Source of the DNA: Bdellovibrio sp.
Lineage (GTDB): Bacteria; Bdellovibrionota; Bdellovibrionia; Bdellovibrionales; Bdellovibrionaceae
DNA length: 64,000 nucleotides
Reading direction: 5' to 3'
Assembly (NCBI GenBank): GCA_036676395.1
Contig: JAKFCY010000002.1
Location: 1,088,001-1,152,000, forward strand
Shown one piece after another: positions 36,943-46,645 of this stretch; position 1 is the stretch's first letter, and each line of letters starts with the position of its first letter. Both the position numbers and the translations under genes were made by a program. The notes below the pieces were generated by a model. It was not told where the DNA came from and did no database searches. It saw only the letters and a program-made list of their open reading frames with translations.

Positions 36943-39303
36943 ATGTTTAACTTCTTCATTAAGTTTTCATTTGTCGTACTATTTTTGTGTCTTAATTCAG
37001 CTTTTGCAAAAGAGCACAACACCTACCTTGTCACTGCCGAAAACTTTGAAAAATCCTTAAATGAAGTGATTGAAAATGCAGAACCCGGTTCTGAAATCAT
37101 CATGCCTGTGGGTAAGTTTGCACTAAAATCAGAAGTCGTTATTATCAAGCACGGCATTAAATTACGTGGTCAGGGAATGGATAAAACCATTCTATCTTTT
37201 AAGAATCAAAAAGTTGGAGCGCAAGGAGTGTTTGGCAGTGCCAATGCTTTGGTGTTTGAAGACTTTGCTGTTGAAGATAGCGCTGGCAATGCCGTCAAAG
37301 TCGTTTCAGCAAAATCAGTAACGTTTAGACGATTAAGAGTTTCGTGGACGGCAGGGCCGCGCCGTGAAAACGGAGCTTATGGTTTATATCCGGTCAGCAG
37401 TCGCGATGTGCTTGTTGAAAATTGTGATGTGTCTGATTCTTCAGATGCGGGTATTTATGTGGGCCAGTCTGAAAACATTATTGTTCGTAATAATAAGGCT
37501 CACCATAACGTAGCGGGTATCGAAATTGAAAATTCTCGTTATGCTGATGTTTATAATAACGAAGTTTATGAAAACACGGCGGGTATTTTAGTTTTTAATT
37601 TACCGAATCTTCCGGTTAAGGGCGGTCGTCAAACTCGTGTTTTTGAAAATCATGTTTTTAATAATAATTTAAAAAACTTTTCTACTGAAGGAAGCATTAT
37701 TAATTTAGTTCCGGATGGCTTGGGCATTTTTATTATGGCCAACAGCGAAGTTGAAATTTTTAAGAATAAAATTATTGATAATAAATTGTCAGGCGTAGCC
37801 ATTACCCATTTTGCGATCAGTGAACGTCAACATAGCGATGCTAATTATGATCCGATGCCGCGTCGTATTTCGATTCGTGATAATATTTTTACTAAAAGTG
37901 AATACAAATTTCCGCTTTATTCAAGAATGACTGTGATCATTAAATTATTAGGCGGGTTTAATACTCCTGAAATTATTTATGATGGTATTCAAGATGGCAC
38001 GTACTCTGGGCCAAAACTTTCTGAGCGTGACCGCATTTGTGTTGGTCAAAATAAAACCACCGAAGGCGACGCTGTTAGATATGCCAATTTACATTTAGAT
38101 AACAGTCGTTGGTGGGTGCCATACCCGGGCGGCCCTGCAACGATTGAAGATGCTGCGCAAGACTGTGTGTTTGAATCTTTTCCTGAGATAGTTTTGGGCG
38201 CAGTGCCTGCGGTTCCAGAAAGTCAGATAAAACCCAGTGCAGAAACGATAGTAAAAATCTGCCAGCAAAAAACTAAAGGTATTAACTGGGCCGCTATTGA
38301 ATACGATTGTCCGCAATTATCGAATTATAATTTGTTCACTCAGAAAAACGATGCCACGCAAAAGCCAAATGATCGTGGTTTTAAATATTTATTGAATAAC
38401 GAATTATTCACAGATTACGCCGAAAAAGACCGTTTTATTTTTTTACCGCCGAACACTTCGATGAAATATAATGAAAATTCAGTTTTTGATTTTCCGGTGG
38501 GTACTGTAATTACAAAAACTTTTTCTTTGTTTTTACAAAATTCTAAAGACGTTAAACCTCGTGCGATAGAAACACGTTTATTGGTTAAACGTAAATCGGG
38601 GTGGCAAGCTATCGAGTATGTCTGGGATCACTCTAAAGAAGAGGCCTTTTTATATTTAGGTGGCAGTGTCGATAGTTATGATATTTTAGCGCACAATGAA
38701 AAAGCGCTTAAGATTGATTACGTTATTCCGAATCGTCGCCAGTGTTCTTCGTGTCATGTGACCGATACGGCTAACGGTTCACTTCAACCGATTGGTCCAA
38801 AAGCCAAATTTTTAAATTGGACATTCGCCGCGAACGAAGACGGAAGCACAGAAAATCAATTAATATATTTCGCACGCCGTGCGTATTTGAACGGTTTACC
38901 AAAAGACATCAAGCAAGTTCCAAGTGTTGCAATGTGGTCGTTGCCTGAAAGTGGTCCGATCGACAAACGAGCGCAGGCGTATTTAGAAATTAACTGTGCT
39001 CATTGCCATAATCCGCGAGGCCCAGCGCAGAATACCGGTCTTTATTTGGTGACCGAGTTAGATTCAAAAGACATTAGTTATGGTTTTTGCAAACGCCCCG
39101 TAGCTGCAGGCTTAGGGTCGGGTGGACGATCATTTGATATCAATCCTGAGGGCGCAGATAAGTCGATTGTTTATTACCGCATGCAGAACGACCACTTAGA
39201 AGTCAAAATGCCACAGCTTGGAAGATCGGTCGCGCATAGCGAAGCTCTTAAAGTGATCGAAGAGTGGAATAATAGTTTAAAAGGTAAGTGTCCTTTAAAA
39301 TAA
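36943..39303 (+). CDS. Exported fusion of a parallel beta-helix domain and an SO2930-like diheme c-type cytochrome domain
   Basis: Signal peptide; NGAYGLYPV, SDAGIYVGQS, NVAGIEIENS beta-helix; then LFTDYAEKDRF, FPVGTVITKTF, IETRLL and two CxxCH motifs (CSSCH, CAHCH). Confidence 0.8.
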   Translation: MFNFFIKFSFVVLFLCLNSAFAKEHNTYLVTAENFEKSLNEVIENAEPGSEIIMPVGKFALKSEVVIIKHGIKLRGQGMDKTILSFKNQKVGAQGVFGSANALVFEDFAVEDSAGNAVKVVSAKSVTFRRLRVSWTAGPRRENGAYGLYPVSSRDVLVENCDVSDSSDAGIYVGQSENIIVRNNKAHHNVAGIEIENSRYADVYNNEVYENTAGILVFNLPNLPVKGGRQTRVFENHVFNNNLKNFSTEGSIINLVPDGLGIFIMANSEVEIFKNKIIDNKLSGVAITHFAISERQHSDANYDPMPRRISIRDNIFTKSEYKFPLYSRMTVIIKLLGGFNTPEIIYDGIQDGTYSGPKLSERDRICVGQNKTTEGDAVRYANLHLDNSRWWVPYPGGPATIEDAAQDCVFESFPEIVLGAVPAVPESQIKPSAETIVKICQQKTKGINWAAIEYDCPQLSNYNLFTQKNDATQKPNDRGFKYLLNNELFTDYAEKDRFIFLPPNTSMKYNENSVFDFPVGTVITKTFSLFLQNSKDVKPRAIETRLLVKRKSGWQAIEYVWDHSKEEAFLYLGGSVDSYDILAHNEKALKIDYVIPNRRQCSSCHVTDTANGSLQPIGPKAKFLNWTFAANEDGSTENQLIYFARRAYLNGLPKDIKQVPSVAMWSLPESGPIDKRAQAYLEINCAHCHNPRGPAQNTGLYLVTELDSKDISYGFCKRPVAAGLGSGGRSFDINPEGADKSIVYYRMQNDHLEVKMPQLGRSVAHSEALKVIEEWNNSLKGKCPLK

Positions 39304-39306
39304 CCC

Positions 39307-39335
39307 TTGCAAATGAAAATCATTATCAGTATCAC
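39307..39335 (+). promoter_or_regulatory. sigma70 promoter of fur overlapped by a Fur box
   Basis: TTGCAA-N17-TATCAC; GCAAATGAAAATCATTATC (39309-39327) matches GATAATGATAATCATTATC at 16/19. Confidence 0.8.
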
Positions 39336-39342
39336 TTTATCT

Positions 39343-39849
39343 ATGAAGAATACTGATAACTCTATTGTTTTACCTGTCCACCAAACTTCTGAAACTGTAC
39401 GTAAAGCTGAACGTTACCAAATCGATGATTTTAAAAAAATGATCCGTTCGATGAATTTAAAAATCACCGATCAACGGTTGTTAATCCTTTCTTCATTGCA
39501 CGATGGCGATAAAAAATCGGGCGAACGCCATGTGACGGCCCAGGAGCTTTTCGAAAAAGTATCGGTGCGTGATTCTTCTGTGGGTTTTGCGACTGTTTAT
39601 CGTTTTTTACGTGACTTGGCTGCGAACGAATTGGTTACCGAAGTTCGTATGGGCGGTCATGCCTCACGTTATGAATTGACTCCCAAAGAGCATCACGATC
39701 ACTTAACTTGCACAAAATGCGGCAAGATTTGTGAGTTCGAAAACGAAAAAATCGAAGAATTGCAATCACAAGTGGCAAAACACTTTGGATTCCATTTGAC
39801 GGGGCACGTTCTAGAGCTGTTTGGAGTATGTTCGGACTGCCAAAAGTAA
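39343..39849 (+). CDS. fur: Fur-family transcriptional regulator
   Basis: KITDQR, ATVYRFL, HHDHLTCTKCG and CSDC motifs; start placed downstream of the promoter. Confidence 0.9.
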   Translation: MKNTDNSIVLPVHQTSETVRKAERYQIDDFKKMIRSMNLKITDQRLLILSSLHDGDKKSGERHVTAQELFEKVSVRDSSVGFATVYRFLRDLAANELVTEVRMGGHASRYELTPKEHHDHLTCTKCGKICEFENEKIEELQSQVAKHFGFHLTGHVLELFGVCSDCQK

Positions 39850-39864
39850 TATTATAACGGCCAT

Positions 39865-42486
39865 ATGTCCGATGATATTGTAGTAAAAGGGGCTAGAGAG
39901 CATAACCTAAAAAATGTCTCTCTGACTATCCCACGAAATAAGATCACAGTTTTTACTGGGCTATCAGGTTCAGGAAAATCTTCATTAGCTTTTGATACGG
40001 TGTACGCTGAAGGCCAGCGCCGTTATGTCGAAAGTTTATCGGCTTACGCGCGAAACTTTTTAGAGCAATTAAAAAAACCAGAAGTTGATTCGATCACAGG
40101 TCTTTCACCCGCGATTGCCATTGATCAAAAATCAGTGGGCTTAAATCCACGTTCAACAGTTGGAACGATCACTGAAATTTATGATTACATGCGCCTGTTG
40201 TACGCCAAAGTGGGAACACCTTGTTGTCCGATTCATCATATTCCGGTCAGTTCACAAACCCCGCAAGCCATCGTGACCGAGATTATGAAAAAACCTCAGG
40301 GCACAAAATTTTATGTGTTAGCGCCAATGGCCCAGGGTAAAAAAGGTGAGTTCATGGCTGAATTCACGAAATGGCTTAAAAAAGGTTTTGTGAAAGCCAA
40401 AGTCGATGGCAAGTTTATCGATTTAGAAAAAGCCACGAAGCTTGCGAAAACCAAATCACATGATATCGATCTTGTGGTTGATCAATTAATTTTAAAAGAT
40501 TCTATCAAACCCCGCTTAAGTGAAAGTGTGAATACCGCAATTTCTTTAGCCGCTGGTAGATTAGTGATTGAAATCATTAAACCCAATGGTGAGAATGAAC
40601 GTCAAAGTTTTTCAATTCATTCAGCTTGTCCAGAATGCGGATTCAGTTTTCCTGAATTAGAGCCACGTTTATTTAGTTTTAATAACCCGCGCGGCGCTTG
40701 TGAATCTTGTCACGGCCTAGGTACATTGGATTTAGTCGAAGAAGAACAATTTTCTGATTCTGATGTTGGCGGTAAAAAACTTGAAGCTGTTAAATACACC
40801 TACAAAGGTAAAAAAGCTTCAGGCGAAGAAGATGACGAAGAAGAAGAAATGGTTCTATCGTCGTGCCCCAGTTGCAAAGGTTCGCGCTTAAAAGCTGAAG
40901 CTTTAAATGTTTTAATCAACGATAAAAACATCTCCCAGCTTTCAGACACTTCGATCACTGAGTTAAATCAGTTTTTCAAAAAAGCAAAATGGACAGATAA
41001 GCAAAAATTTATTGCCGAAAAAATCGTAAAACAAATTGCTGATCGCCTAAGTTATTTAGAACGTGTTGGAACTTCGTATTTAAGTTTGTCTCGTCCGGCC
41101 AGAACTCTATCGGGTGGTGAAGCGCAGCGTATTCGTTTAGCGACACAGGTAGGTTCGGCACTTATCGGCTGTATGTATATCATGGATGAGCCAAGCATTG
41201 GTTTACATCCGCGTGATCATCACAGATTACTAGAAATTATTGGTGAATTAAAAGATCGTGGTAACACGATCATCTTAGTTGAACATGATGAAGACACGAT
41301 TCGTTTTGCAGATTATGTTGTCGATCTTGGCCCTCGCGCCGGAAAACTTGGCGGAGAATTAATTGCCGAAGGTACGCCTGAACAGTTAATGAAAAATCCA
41401 AAATCAATCACTGGTCAATACTTGTCGGGTAAACGCCGAATTCCAGTTCCTAAAACGCGCCGTAAAGGTAATGGTTTATCCATTAAACTTTTAGGTGCTA
41501 CCGGCAACAACTTACAAAATGTAGATCTAGAAATTCCGTTAGGCACATACACCTGTGTGACGGGCGTATCTGGCAGCGGAAAATCAACATTGATCGTTGA
41601 TACGTTATATAAAATCTTAGCTAAAGAATTCTATAAAGCACATGCTGTTGCTTCGCCTTACAAATCAATCTCAGGTCTAGAGCACATTGATAAAGTGATC
41701 GACATCAATCAACGTCCGATTGGTCGCACGCCCAGATCAACACCTGCAACTTATGTAGGATTGCTGCCGATGATTCGCGATCTGTACGCGACACTTCCTG
41801 ATTCAAAACTTCGTGGTTTTGAACCCGGCCGCTTTAGTTTTAACGTTAAAGGTGGCCGATGCGAAACCTGCATGGGCCACGGGCAGATCCGTATGGAAAT
41901 GCACTTTTTATCAGACGTGTTTGTGTTATGCGATACCTGTCAGGGAAAACGCTATAACCGCGAAACGTTGCAGATTAAATATAAAGAAAAAAATATCGCC
42001 GACGTTCTCGCAATGAATGTTGAAGAGGCCTGCGAGTTTTTTAAAAACCATTCGCAAATTTATCGTAAATTAGAAACACTTCATAAAGTGGGCCTTGATT
42101 ATATGACCTTAGGTCAATCTTCAACGACACTTTCTGGCGGCGAAGCCCAGCGCGTGAAATTATCAAAAGAGCTTTCACGTCGTGGTACGGGTAAAACCTT
42201 GTATATCCTTGATGAACCTACAACCGGGCTTCATTTTGATGATATCAGAAAATTAATTGAATTAATGCAAGAACTCACAGAGCAAGGAAACACAGTTCTC
42301 GTGATCGAGCATAATTTAGAAGTGATGAAATGCGCAGATCATATTATTGATCTAGGCCCAGACGGAGGAATTTACGGCGGAGAAATCGTCGTCAAAGGTA
42401 CGCCTGAAGCCGTTGCCAAATCAGCACGAAGTGAAACAGCAAAATTTTTGAAACCGCTACTAGAAAAGGAAAAGCAGCATGTTTAA
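39865..42486 (+). CDS. uvrA: Excinuclease ABC subunit A
   Basis: GAREHNLKN, GLSGSGKSSLAFDT, AEGQRRYVES, two ABC modules and Zn-finger CxxC motifs. Confidence 0.97.
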   Translation: MSDDIVVKGAREHNLKNVSLTIPRNKITVFTGLSGSGKSSLAFDTVYAEGQRRYVESLSAYARNFLEQLKKPEVDSITGLSPAIAIDQKSVGLNPRSTVGTITEIYDYMRLLYAKVGTPCCPIHHIPVSSQTPQAIVTEIMKKPQGTKFYVLAPMAQGKKGEFMAEFTKWLKKGFVKAKVDGKFIDLEKATKLAKTKSHDIDLVVDQLILKDSIKPRLSESVNTAISLAAGRLVIEIIKPNGENERQSFSIHSACPECGFSFPELEPRLFSFNNPRGACESCHGLGTLDLVEEEQFSDSDVGGKKLEAVKYTYKGKKASGEEDDEEEEMVLSSCPSCKGSRLKAEALNVLINDKNISQLSDTSITELNQFFKKAKWTDKQKFIAEKIVKQIADRLSYLERVGTSYLSLSRPARTLSGGEAQRIRLATQVGSALIGCMYIMDEPSIGLHPRDHHRLLEIIGELKDRGNTIILVEHDEDTIRFADYVVDLGPRAGKLGGELIAEGTPEQLMKNPKSITGQYLSGKRRIPVPKTRRKGNGLSIKLLGATGNNLQNVDLEIPLGTYTCVTGVSGSGKSTLIVDTLYKILAKEFYKAHAVASPYKSISGLEHIDKVIDINQRPIGRTPRSTPATYVGLLPMIRDLYATLPDSKLRGFEPGRFSFNVKGGRCETCMGHGQIRMEMHFLSDVFVLCDTCQGKRYNRETLQIKYKEKNIADVLAMNVEEACEFFKNHSQIYRKLETLHKVGLDYMTLGQSSTTLSGGEAQRVKLSKELSRRGTGKTLYILDEPTTGLHFDDIRKLIELMQELTEQGNTVLVIEHNLEVMKCADHIIDLGPDGGIYGGEIVVKGTPEAVAKSARSETAKFLKPLLEKEKQHV

Positions 42487-43531
42487 GTACATAAGAGGAT
42501 CGTTAATTATAGCCGCTATTGGTTTAGCCTTAGCCATGGGCTTTGAATGGTACCAAACCGGTTCAACATCTCACGTTTTACAGGCGGGGTTAACCGCACT
42601 GATTTTAGCGGTCTTAGAGATTTCATTGTCATTTGATAATGCCGTGGTCAATGCCACAGTGATTAAAAAAATGGATGCCGTTTGGAAACGTCGGTTCTTA
42701 ACTTGGGGTATTTTAATCGCCGTATTCGGCATGCGTTTAATTTTCCCGTTAGCGATCGTTGGTATTATTGCCCACATTAATCCGTGGGAGGCGTTAATGT
42801 TGTCATTAAATAATCCAGCTAAATATGCCGAGATCATGACTTCAGTGCATCTAACTGTATCAGCCTTCGGTGGAATGTTCTTATACATGGTGTTCCTACA
42901 CTTTTTCATGAACGAAGATAAAGAAGATCACTGGATTCATGTCATCGAAAAACCTTTAGTGCTAGTTTCTCAGTACAAGGGTGTCGAGATCATCGTGGCA
43001 CTAGTGACATTACTATCAATCACAAGCTTGATGGCCGGCCCAGATCAAATTCGTTTTTTAATTCCAGGTCTATGGGGGATGATCACGTACTTAATCGTGC
43101 ACAGTTTCTCTGATTTCTTAGAAAGTATGGAATTAACTCGTGATGCGAATCTAATGGCTAAAAAAACAATGATGTCTGCAGGTTTTGGTATGTTCATGTA
43201 CCTTGAAGTCTTAGATGCCTCATTCAGTTTTGACGGTGTTATCGGTGCTTTTGCGATCACACAAAATTTAATTCAAATCATGATCGGTCTAAGCATCGGT
43301 GCTTTTTTTGTACGTAGCTTAACTTTATACTTAGTTGAAAAAGACACTCTGGCGCAGATTCGCTTTTTAGAGCATGGGGCCTTTTATGCCTTAGGTGCTT
43401 TATCACTGTTTATGTTATTAGGTTATTTCTTTCATGTTCCCGAATGGTTAACAGGTCTTTCAGGTGCTGTGATCTTAGGATTGAGTATTCTGTGGTCGTT
43501 CTATGAAGACCGTAAGCGCCGAAATACTTAA
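42479..43531 (+). CDS. DUF475 (TerC-like) integral membrane protein
   Basis: LEISLSFDNAVVNA and YLEVLDASFSFDGVIGAFA. Confidence 0.85.
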   Translation: MFKYIRGSLIIAAIGLALAMGFEWYQTGSTSHVLQAGLTALILAVLEISLSFDNAVVNATVIKKMDAVWKRRFLTWGILIAVFGMRLIFPLAIVGIIAHINPWEALMLSLNNPAKYAEIMTSVHLTVSAFGGMFLYMVFLHFFMNEDKEDHWIHVIEKPLVLVSQYKGVEIIVALVTLLSITSLMAGPDQIRFLIPGLWGMITYLIVHSFSDFLESMELTRDANLMAKKTMMSAGFGMFMYLEVLDASFSFDGVIGAFAITQNLIQIMIGLSIGAFFVRSLTLYLVEKDTLAQIRFLEHGAFYALGALSLFMLLGYFFHVPEWLTGLSGAVILGLSILWSFYEDRKRRNT

Positions 43532-44401
43532 GATAATAATGGCTCCGACCAATTGGATCGGAGTCAGTTTTTCGCCCAATAAAGCCGAAGCAAATAAAAA
43601 CGAGTAGGGCGCCTCTAATAAACACAGCATACTGGCCGTGGTTGTTGATAAAACTTTTTGCGCCCGCACTTGCAAGTAAAACGCACCCAATGTCACTAAA
43701 ATCGCAAGCCCTACAACTGAAGAGATCGACCAATAAGTCGTGATATTTGGAGTTAGTGGAATTTCTTTAGCCGAAACATCATAAATTAAAAATGGCACTA
43801 AGAACATCAAGGCCCAAAATGTTTGTGCGGTATTAAAGCGAAAACCGCTTTTCATTTTTTTTGCAGCACTGGCTACAGCCATAATATGAATCGCTGAAGT
43901 TACAGCAACCATCAACGTGAAAATGTCTCCGCTGTGCATACGAAAGCCATTGGTCGGAAGATCTAATAATAAACCCATTCCTAAAAAGGCCACAAAACTT
44001 AAAGCAAAGTGGTACCAATGCACTTTAGATTTCAACACAAAATAATTCGCAAACGGAATCAACACCACATAAAGCGAAGTGATAAAGCTAGAATTTGTCG
44101 CTGTCGTTGTTTGTAAACCAATCGTTTGAAAAATTAATGAAAGCCCCAGGCCCAGACCTGCAATCAAACTAATTTTATAATCAGAGTGAGTTTTTTTAAA
44201 ACCTTCGCGATCAAAAATAAAATAAAAAGACTCTGCTAAAATGATCGCAAAAACAAAACGCCAAAAAACCAATGTCGTCGGACTAAAATCAACTAGCGCC
44301 CATTTTACAAAAGTAAACGAAATCCCCCATAACATTCCCGCGAAGAACAATTCTAAGACGGCGCGGTGATAGGTGGGGATAGACGCTAAGGCTTTTCTCA
44401 C
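43475..44401 (-). CDS. EamA/DMT family transporter
   Basis: Multi-TM two-repeat protein: LWGISF, RF, GLQTTTAT, EAPYS, LGEKLT. Confidence 0.9.
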   Translation of the reverse strand: MRKALASIPTYHRAVLELFFAGMLWGISFTFVKWALVDFSPTTLVFWRFVFAIILAESFYFIFDREGFKKTHSDYKISLIAGLGLGLSLIFQTIGLQTTTATNSSFITSLYVVLIPFANYFVLKSKVHWYHFALSFVAFLGMGLLLDLPTNGFRMHSGDIFTLMVAVTSAIHIMAVASAAKKMKSGFRFNTAQTFWALMFLVPFLIYDVSAKEIPLTPNITTYWSISSVVGLAILVTLGAFYLQVRAQKVLSTTTASMLCLLEAPYSFLFASALLGEKLTPIQLVGAIIILSISALTVFIERPQNTQS

Positions 44402-45132
44402 TAATCAAACGCCTCGGCCCAGAAGCGAGTTTTATCAAAACCATCAATTTCAAGAACTTGATGTTTCACATCTTTAATCATGGCGCCATTGCCGCAAAGA
44501 TAGAAAGTCGTCGGCGTATTTTTGTAATCAATTTCTGGCAAGAAATTTTGAATGTAGCCTTTTTTGCCAGTCCATTTATCTGTCGGACGGCTAAGAACGT
44601 AATGGTATTCAAAATTTGGAAGTTTAGCTTTTAAAGCTTCTAATTCCTCGCGGTAATAAATGTCTTCTTCATAACGTAGGCCGAAATAAAGTTTGTATTT
44701 TAATTCAGGATACTGCGCCATTTTAGATTCAAGATAGCTATAGTGCTGCGAGATACCGCTGCCGGTATTTAAAAATACGATTTGTTCTGTTGGCGGCTCT
44801 TGAAAGAACACTTTACCAAAGGGCCCTGTGAAGTTAACGATCTCATCACCTTTTAAACCCCAAACATATTTTGAAGCTACGCCGTTATCGACGAATTTAA
44901 AGATTAAGCGAAATTTTTGTAAATCATGTTCAGTGGTAGCAATTGAATAAGCACGAAGTGCGGCCTTCATTGGTTGGCCTTGCTCATCAGTTTGGGGCAC
45001 ATGTAACATTACGAATTGGCCAGCTCTGAACTTAAATTCAGGGTGGCTAATGATTTGTAAATCCAGTTCGCGGATTTGTTTGGTGTGATCAGTGATTTTA
45101 TTGATTTTGTAATTATAAATAATACGGCTCAT
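44401..45132 (-). CDS. FAD/NAD(P)-binding oxidoreductase, ferredoxin-NADP reductase family
   Basis: FRAGQF, RAYSIA, GPFG, TGSGI, YLCG, C-terminal EAF. Confidence 0.9.
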   Translation of the reverse strand: MSRIIYNYKINKITDHTKQIRELDLQIISHPEFKFRAGQFVMLHVPQTDEQGQPMKAALRAYSIATTEHDLQKFRLIFKFVDNGVASKYVWGLKGDEIVNFTGPFGKVFFQEPPTEQIVFLNTGSGISQHYSYLESKMAQYPELKYKLYFGLRYEEDIYYREELEALKAKLPNFEYHYVLSRPTDKWTGKKGYIQNFLPEIDYKNTPTTFYLCGNGAMIKDVKHQVLEIDGFDKTRFWAEAFD

Positions 45133-45243
45133 AGCCCGTATATTCGTTATTAGCGCCTAAATTGTCAAAGTAAACCTAAATAATTTTCAAGCTGAAGCTT
45201 AGCCCTTGAATGAGCAAATCCCTCGGCGGTAAAACCCTAGCAG

Positions 45244-46578
45244 ATGTTTAAAAAACCACTTCTATTAAGCTTAGTATTCGTGATCTTTGGCCTTGGCTGT
45301 ACACCGAGCTCTAATACATCTAATGTCGGTATCGCGGTTTATACGCCTAAAAAAGAAGACCTGATTCAAGCAAAGCCTGCAGCTCCAGCAACTCGTACGC
45401 TACTTTATAAAAATGATCCAACTGTAAGCTATTGCGAATCTTCGCTGGATGGTACACAGAATTACAGTGGCTACCGTGATACAAAGCTTTATCCATCAGC
45501 CTCTGTATCTAAAGTGTTTTTAACGGCCTTTGCCTTAAGTAAGCTTGGAACAGATTATAAATTTATCCATGAATGGCGTGTGCGTAAGAATGCCAATGGC
45601 ACTTACGATGCCTATTTAAATTCAAACTTTGATCCGGTATTTAATATCGAAAAAGTTCTTTATACAATGTCGCACTTAAAACGTTATGGTGTAACTCAAA
45701 TCAGAAACTTATATATCGCTAAATCAACACGCGTATATTTATCAGTACTAAATAACCCACATATCGAACTTGATTCTGTGCCTGTCAGTCTGAATCAATC
45801 TATTGATAACCTGAAATTAATCTTTAATTCGAATAACTGGGGTTCACAAACCGAGCTAGCCCGTAAAAATGTTGTTGAGCACTTTGAGCTTCAAGGTAAA
45901 ACCATTGATTTGCCATCTTCATATTCAGTGCAAAACGTAGTTTTGGATAATGATGGCCAAGCGGCAACCAGTTTTGCCAATGCGACAGCTATAAACATTC
46001 AATCAACGTCGTTATTTCGCTATTTAAAAGAGATTAATTTAAATTCGAATAATTATATGTCTGATGCACTCTTTACCTTATTGGGCGCAGAAGCGGGCTT
46101 TCGCCAATTTCAAAAGGATAAACTGGGTTTAGGGTTAGACTCTTTAATTATGAAAACAGGATCTGGGCTTCCGGTTGAAATCAATGGTGACCGTGTTGAT
46201 AATAAAGCCTCTTGTTTTTCGATTTTAAAAGTCATGCACTTTGTTAAGCTGATCGCTGATCAAGCTAATTTAGATTTAGGTTATATTCTGTTAACGGCAG
46301 GTCTGGATCGCGGAACGTATGAGACTGATTTAGTGATTAATAAATCAGTGGTGTTAAAGACGGGCCGTTTATATGATGTTCCCACATTAAATTTAGCAGG
46401 TATTGTGTCGACACAAAAAGGCCTGATGGTGTTTGGATTCTTAGGTCATGATTTTTCTAATGAAGACGAAAAAGATATGATTGATAAACGCGATCACCTT
46501 TTACAAGACCTTTTAAACTTCTATAAAGAAAAACCACTGTTTAAAACTCTGTCTCAAAATGATATTTTCTTTCTTTAA
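45244..46578 (+). CDS. DacB/PBP4-like (peptidase S13) DD-carboxy/endopeptidase, predicted lipoprotein
   Basis: Lipobox-like GLGC; active-site motifs SVSK, SNN and KTG; GSGL. Confidence 0.8.
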   Translation: MFKKPLLLSLVFVIFGLGCTPSSNTSNVGIAVYTPKKEDLIQAKPAAPATRTLLYKNDPTVSYCESSLDGTQNYSGYRDTKLYPSASVSKVFLTAFALSKLGTDYKFIHEWRVRKNANGTYDAYLNSNFDPVFNIEKVLYTMSHLKRYGVTQIRNLYIAKSTRVYLSVLNNPHIELDSVPVSLNQSIDNLKLIFNSNNWGSQTELARKNVVEHFELQGKTIDLPSSYSVQNVVLDNDGQAATSFANATAINIQSTSLFRYLKEINLNSNNYMSDALFTLLGAEAGFRQFQKDKLGLGLDSLIMKTGSGLPVEINGDRVDNKASCFSILKVMHFVKLIADQANLDLGYILLTAGLDRGTYETDLVINKSVVLKTGRLYDVPTLNLAGIVSTQKGLMVFGFLGHDFSNEDEKDMIDKRDHLLQDLLNFYKEKPLFKTLSQNDIFFL

Positions 46579-46604
46579 TTAAATCTCACTCTGAAACACT
46601 AAGT

Positions 46605-46619
46605 TGGCCCCTCGTTAGC
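46605..46619 (+). promoter_or_regulatory. Putative sigma54 (-24/-12) promoter
   Basis: TGGCCCCTCGTTAGC = GG-N10-GC, ending 26 bp before an ATG with a GAGG RBS; near-identical site at 53370. Confidence 0.65.
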
Positions 46620-46645
46620 TCTATATAAAGTTATCGAGGTGAACC

